Shown: one piece after another, positions 42,598 through 44,739 of the stretch
Position numbering within the stretch: the stretch's first letter is position 1
How the letters are laid out: each line of letters opens with the position of its first letter
Origin: an uncultured Candidatus Izemoplasmatales bacterium
Lineage (GTDB): Bacteria > Bacillota_I > Bacilli_A > Izemoplasmatales > Izemoplasmataceae
Direction of reading: 5' to 3'
NCBI GenBank assembly: GCA_964479895.1
Contig: CAYZOR010000002.1
Location: forward strand, 1-44,739
DNA length: 44,739 nt
Program-made: the position numbers and the translations under genes
Notes under the pieces: model-generated
Told to the model about the DNA's origin: nothing
The model's database searches: none
What the model saw: the letters and a program-made list of their open reading frames with translations, nothing else

Positions 42598-43677
42598 ATG
42601 GAAAAGTTCTACGATGAAAGAGACATCACGTTTTCTAGAGTTAGACTCAAAAAAGGCTCTAAAGCGTATCAATCATACTACCAAAAAAACCCTTCATATC
42701 TTGAAGGCGATGATGCGATTAGGGAAAAAGATTTTTTAAAAAACTTAAAAAAGCCAGACCTTTTTAAACAAAGGTTTTTTCCAATATTTTCACATAACGA
42801 ACAAATTATGCAACAATTTTATCGCACGTTAGATGCCATTGATGTGAAAGAAAAACCCCCTATTCCAAAAACCTTTCACCAAAACATTAAAGCAACCTTT
42901 AAACATTATGGTGCATTAGAGGTAGGCATTGTGCGTTTAAAGGCGCATCATTATTATACGCATCAAGGCTATGATTATGACTTTCCAAAACAGTCATACG
43001 GTCAAAAAATAAACACGCGATACAAAACCGCCATTGTATTTTTAATGCCGATGGATCTTACCTATTTAAAACGGTCCCCACACTTTGAAACGACGCTTGA
43101 AAGTATGAATGTATATTTAAACGCCGCATACGTAGGCTTTAGAGGCGCAAGTTATTTAAAATCACTTGGACACCGTTCAATGTTTCAAAGCCTTATTTAC
43201 TATATCACCCCCCTTGTTCCTCTAGCCGTAGACGCAGGCTTAGGAGAAGTTGGGATGCACAATCATTTAATTCATCCTAAACATGGTGATAAAGTTAGAA
43301 TAGGAGCGGTTTTAACGGATTTAGAGCTTGAAGAAGATCAACCGATTGACTTTGGACTAGAAATGTTTTGTAAACGCTGCGCTTTATGTTTGATCAATTG
43401 TCCAATGCAATCTATTTCTTTTAAACAACGAAGGGTCAATGGCAAACGTTTTTATAAATTTGATGACCAAAGCTGTTATAAGATTTTTAAAAATGCCGGG
43501 ACTGATTGTGCGGTATGTATTCAAAGTTGTCCCCTTGCTTATGATATAGGCTATGAAAGAATTATCAACGCAAAAAATGACCCAGCAAAAATAGATGCAA
43601 TTATCAAAGAGCATTTAGAAAAACATGGAAGAAGGCCCAGTATCAAAACGCCACTTCCTTTAGTGGAGGAAAAATAA
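42598..43677 (+). CDS. Reductive-dehalogenase / epoxyqueuosine-reductase superfamily protein (corrinoid + 2x[4Fe-4S] type), cytoplasmic
   Basis: Core motif AVDAGLGEVGMHNHLIHPKHGDKVRIGAVLTDLELEEDQPIDFG, followed by CKRCALCLINCP and CAVCIQSCP. No signal or TAT peptide. Confidence 0.65.
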   Translation: MEKFYDERDITFSRVRLKKGSKAYQSYYQKNPSYLEGDDAIREKDFLKNLKKPDLFKQRFFPIFSHNEQIMQQFYRTLDAIDVKEKPPIPKTFHQNIKATFKHYGALEVGIVRLKAHHYYTHQGYDYDFPKQSYGQKINTRYKTAIVFLMPMDLTYLKRSPHFETTLESMNVYLNAAYVGFRGASYLKSLGHRSMFQSLIYYITPLVPLAVDAGLGEVGMHNHLIHPKHGDKVRIGAVLTDLELEEDQPIDFGLEMFCKRCALCLINCPMQSISFKQRRVNGKRFYKFDDQSCYKIFKNAGTDCAVCIQSCPLAYDIGYERIINAKNDPAKIDAIIKEHLEKHGRRPSIKTPLPLVEEK

Positions 43678-43913
43678 TGTTTCAAGATATTTTAGATATT
43701 CACGGCATGAGCGAATCAGAAGCCATAAGAACCATAGAAAAACATTTAGCGTCTTTAGATAAATCCATCAAAGAACTGACCATCATTCATGGACACAACA
43801 GTGGTAGAACCTTAAAAGATATGATCGCTAATCCTAGAAAAATCCGATCAAAAAGAATTAAAAGAAGAAAATACTCTACCAATCCTGGGGAAACCATTTT
43901 GGAGTTACACTAA
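43677..43913 (+). CDS. Stand-alone Smr-domain protein (78 aa)
   Basis: LDIHG...EA, IIHGHNSGRTLKDMI and NPGETILEL motifs. TAATG overlap with the upstream gene. Confidence 0.75.
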   Translation: MFQDILDIHGMSESEAIRTIEKHLASLDKSIKELTIIHGHNSGRTLKDMIANPRKIRSKRIKRRKYSTNPGETILELH

Positions 43914-44194
43914 TGCGTTCTAAACTGTTTATATTCTTAATCGGTCTTGGCCTATTTTTAAGTGGCGTTAGTGCATTTATTGCCTACTTTTATGAACCCT
44001 TAAGATCCGTATTTTTTGTGATAGCGGTGATTTTATTTGTGAGCAATTTATTATTATCACAAATGGCCTATGGATATTACTTATATAAAAAAGAGGCCAT
44101 GCTTAAACAAAAAGAAATGCAGCGTTGTCCCGCTTGTGATAAACCCATCTATATTAGCGATAAACGTTGTCCTTATTGCGGAAAAACCGTCTAA
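43913..44194 (+). CDS. Two-helix membrane protein with C-terminal zinc ribbon
   Basis: Two hydrophobic helices followed by CPACDKPIYISDKRCPYCGK. TAATG overlap with the Smr gene. Confidence 0.65.
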   Translation: MRSKLFIFLIGLGLFLSGVSAFIAYFYEPLRSVFFVIAVILFVSNLLLSQMAYGYYLYKKEAMLKQKEMQRCPACDKPIYISDKRCPYCGKTV

Positions 44195-44220
44195 TCCTTT
44201 CTGTGATGAAAGGATTTTTT
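44193..44220 (+). terminator. Rho-independent terminator
   Basis: Stem AATCCTTT / AAAGGATT with an 8-nt loop, followed by TTTT. Confidence 0.8.
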
Positions 44221-44250
44221 CATGGTTCAAACCATCAATTGAAATTTAAA

Positions 44251-44279
44251 GTTAAAATTCAAACGTTTTTTGTTATAAT
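44251..44279 (+). promoter_or_regulatory. Extended -10 promoter
   Basis: TGtTATAAT at 44271-44279, with a weak -35 GTTAAA 17 nt upstream. Confidence 0.5.
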
Positions 44280-44324
44280 GGATTTGGAAAGTAAGCGCTT
44301 TTATAAATGGAATGGAGTGATTGA

Positions 44325-44739
44325 GTGTATAAAATAGTTGACAAAAAAGCTCTTAATAAAGATATTGATTATATGAAAATTGAAGCGCCTTTGGTCGCCA
44401 GAAATGCCAAACCAGGGCATTTTATTATTTTAAGGGTTGATGATGAGGGAGAAAGAATCCCTTTAACCATCGCTTCTCACGATGAAAAGTATGTTGATAT
44501 CATTTATCAAAAGATGGGCTATTCAACAAAACTTCTTGGTGAAAAATCAATTGGTGATACGGTGAGTGATTTTGTAGGTCCGCTTGGAAAAGCAGCGCAT
44601 ATTAAAAAAAGAAACCATGTGGTAGGCGTTGCTGGTGGCGTAGGTGCAGCCCCTTTATACCCACAGTTAAAAGCCTATAAAGAATCAGGCAGCAAAGTCA
44701 CGCTCATTTTAGGTGCTAGAAATAAAGATTTCTTAATTA
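44325..44739 (+). CDS. NfnA/PyrK-like FAD/NAD(P)-binding electron-transfer subunit (sulfide/dihydroorotate-dehydrogenase-like), 3' end outside the window
   Basis: Not in the ORF track because it has no stop before the window edge. GTG 44325 has SD GGAGTG 5 nt upstream. My translation is (V/M)YKIVDKKALNKDIDYMKIEAPLVARNAKPGHFIILRVDDEGERIPLTIA...VGVAGGVGAAPLYPQLKAYKESG. It contains the RIPLTIA FAD motif and a GGVG NAD(P) motif. Confidence 0.7.
   Translation, partial: MYKIVDKKALNKDIDYMKIEAPLVARNAKPGHFIILRVDDEGERIPLTIASHDEKYVDIIYQKMGYSTKLLGEKSIGDTVSDFVGPLGKAAHIKKRNHVVGVAGGVGAAPLYPQLKAYKESGSKVTLILGARNKDFLI

Noticed and set aside
1-44739. Mycoplasma-type genetic code (TGA = Trp) or other recoding, considered because the gene content looks Mollicutes-like.
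   Set aside because: All long ORFs are intact under the standard code and Trp is encoded by TGG. TGA functions as a genuine stop at 13909-13911 and 36681-36683, each followed by terminator structures. The only in-frame stops seen (38986 and 38995) are TAA and TAG, not TGA.
1-44739. Search for rRNA, tRNA, CRISPR arrays, IS elements, integrases, prophage or plasmid genes.
   Set aside because: Intergenic gaps are all 242 nt or shorter. None shows a cloverleaf-like tRNA pattern or spaced direct repeats. No ORF resembles a transposase, recombinase or phage structural protein.

Overview
This is an AT-rich bacterial chromosomal segment, roughly one-third G+C by eye. It uses the standard genetic code: TGA acts as a stop at 13909-13911 and 36681-36683, and Trp is TGG. 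Gene content suggests a low-GC Firmicutes or Mollicutes-related organism (Acholeplasma/Erysipelotrichia-like), but I cannot verify the taxon without a search. I count about 40 protein genes, densely packed and mostly housekeeping. In order they are: the tail of a glycerol-3-P-dehydrogenase-type oxidoreductase cluster (FAD oxidoreductase + DUF1667); class-3 fructose-1,6-bisphosphatase; a complete pdhABCD operon with a convergent lipoate-protein ligase; pncA-pncB NAD salvage; tpx; a membrane-anchored XRE-type HTH protein; htpG; a YtcJ-like amidohydrolase; two paralogous polytopic-membrane HD-GYP proteins; a PhzF-family isomerase; an 895-aa coiled-coil protein followed by cardiolipin synthase; a PduO-type corrinoid adenosyltransferase; DegV; a DUF1700-type membrane gene cluster; two tandem fused MacB-type ABC transporters; a class II photolyase; an aminotransferase; a LURP-one/methyltransferase/2-hydroxyacid dehydrogenase group; a reductive-dehalogenase-family Fe-S protein coupled to an Smr protein and a zinc-ribbon membrane protein; and the 5' part of an NfnA/PyrK-like flavoprotein that runs off the right edge. 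I saw no rRNA, tRNA, CRISPR array, transposase, integrase or phage genes. Clear Rho-independent terminators, several of them bidirectional, delimit most transcription units. The main items for follow-up are listed here. (1) A very compact OLD-like ATPase+Toprim nuclease gene (38053-39243) is cut by two in-frame stop codons. It lies head-to-head with the photolyase across a 22-nt gap whose palindrome supplies both Shine-Dalgarno sequences. (2) The 242-nt non-coding region upstream of htpG contains a perfect 11-3-11 palindrome overlapping the stop codon of the membrane XRE regulator, a candidate promoter, a long hairpin with a U-tract (small RNA, attenuator or terminator), and a perfect CIRCE left half-site on the htpG promoter. 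(3) An uncharacterised giant coiled-coil protein appears to be co-transcribed with cls. (4) Two polytopic sensor HD-GYP paralogues. (5) A translationally coupled RdhA-like/Smr/zinc-ribbon trio. All functional calls rest on motifs I could read in the translations. No database search was possible.
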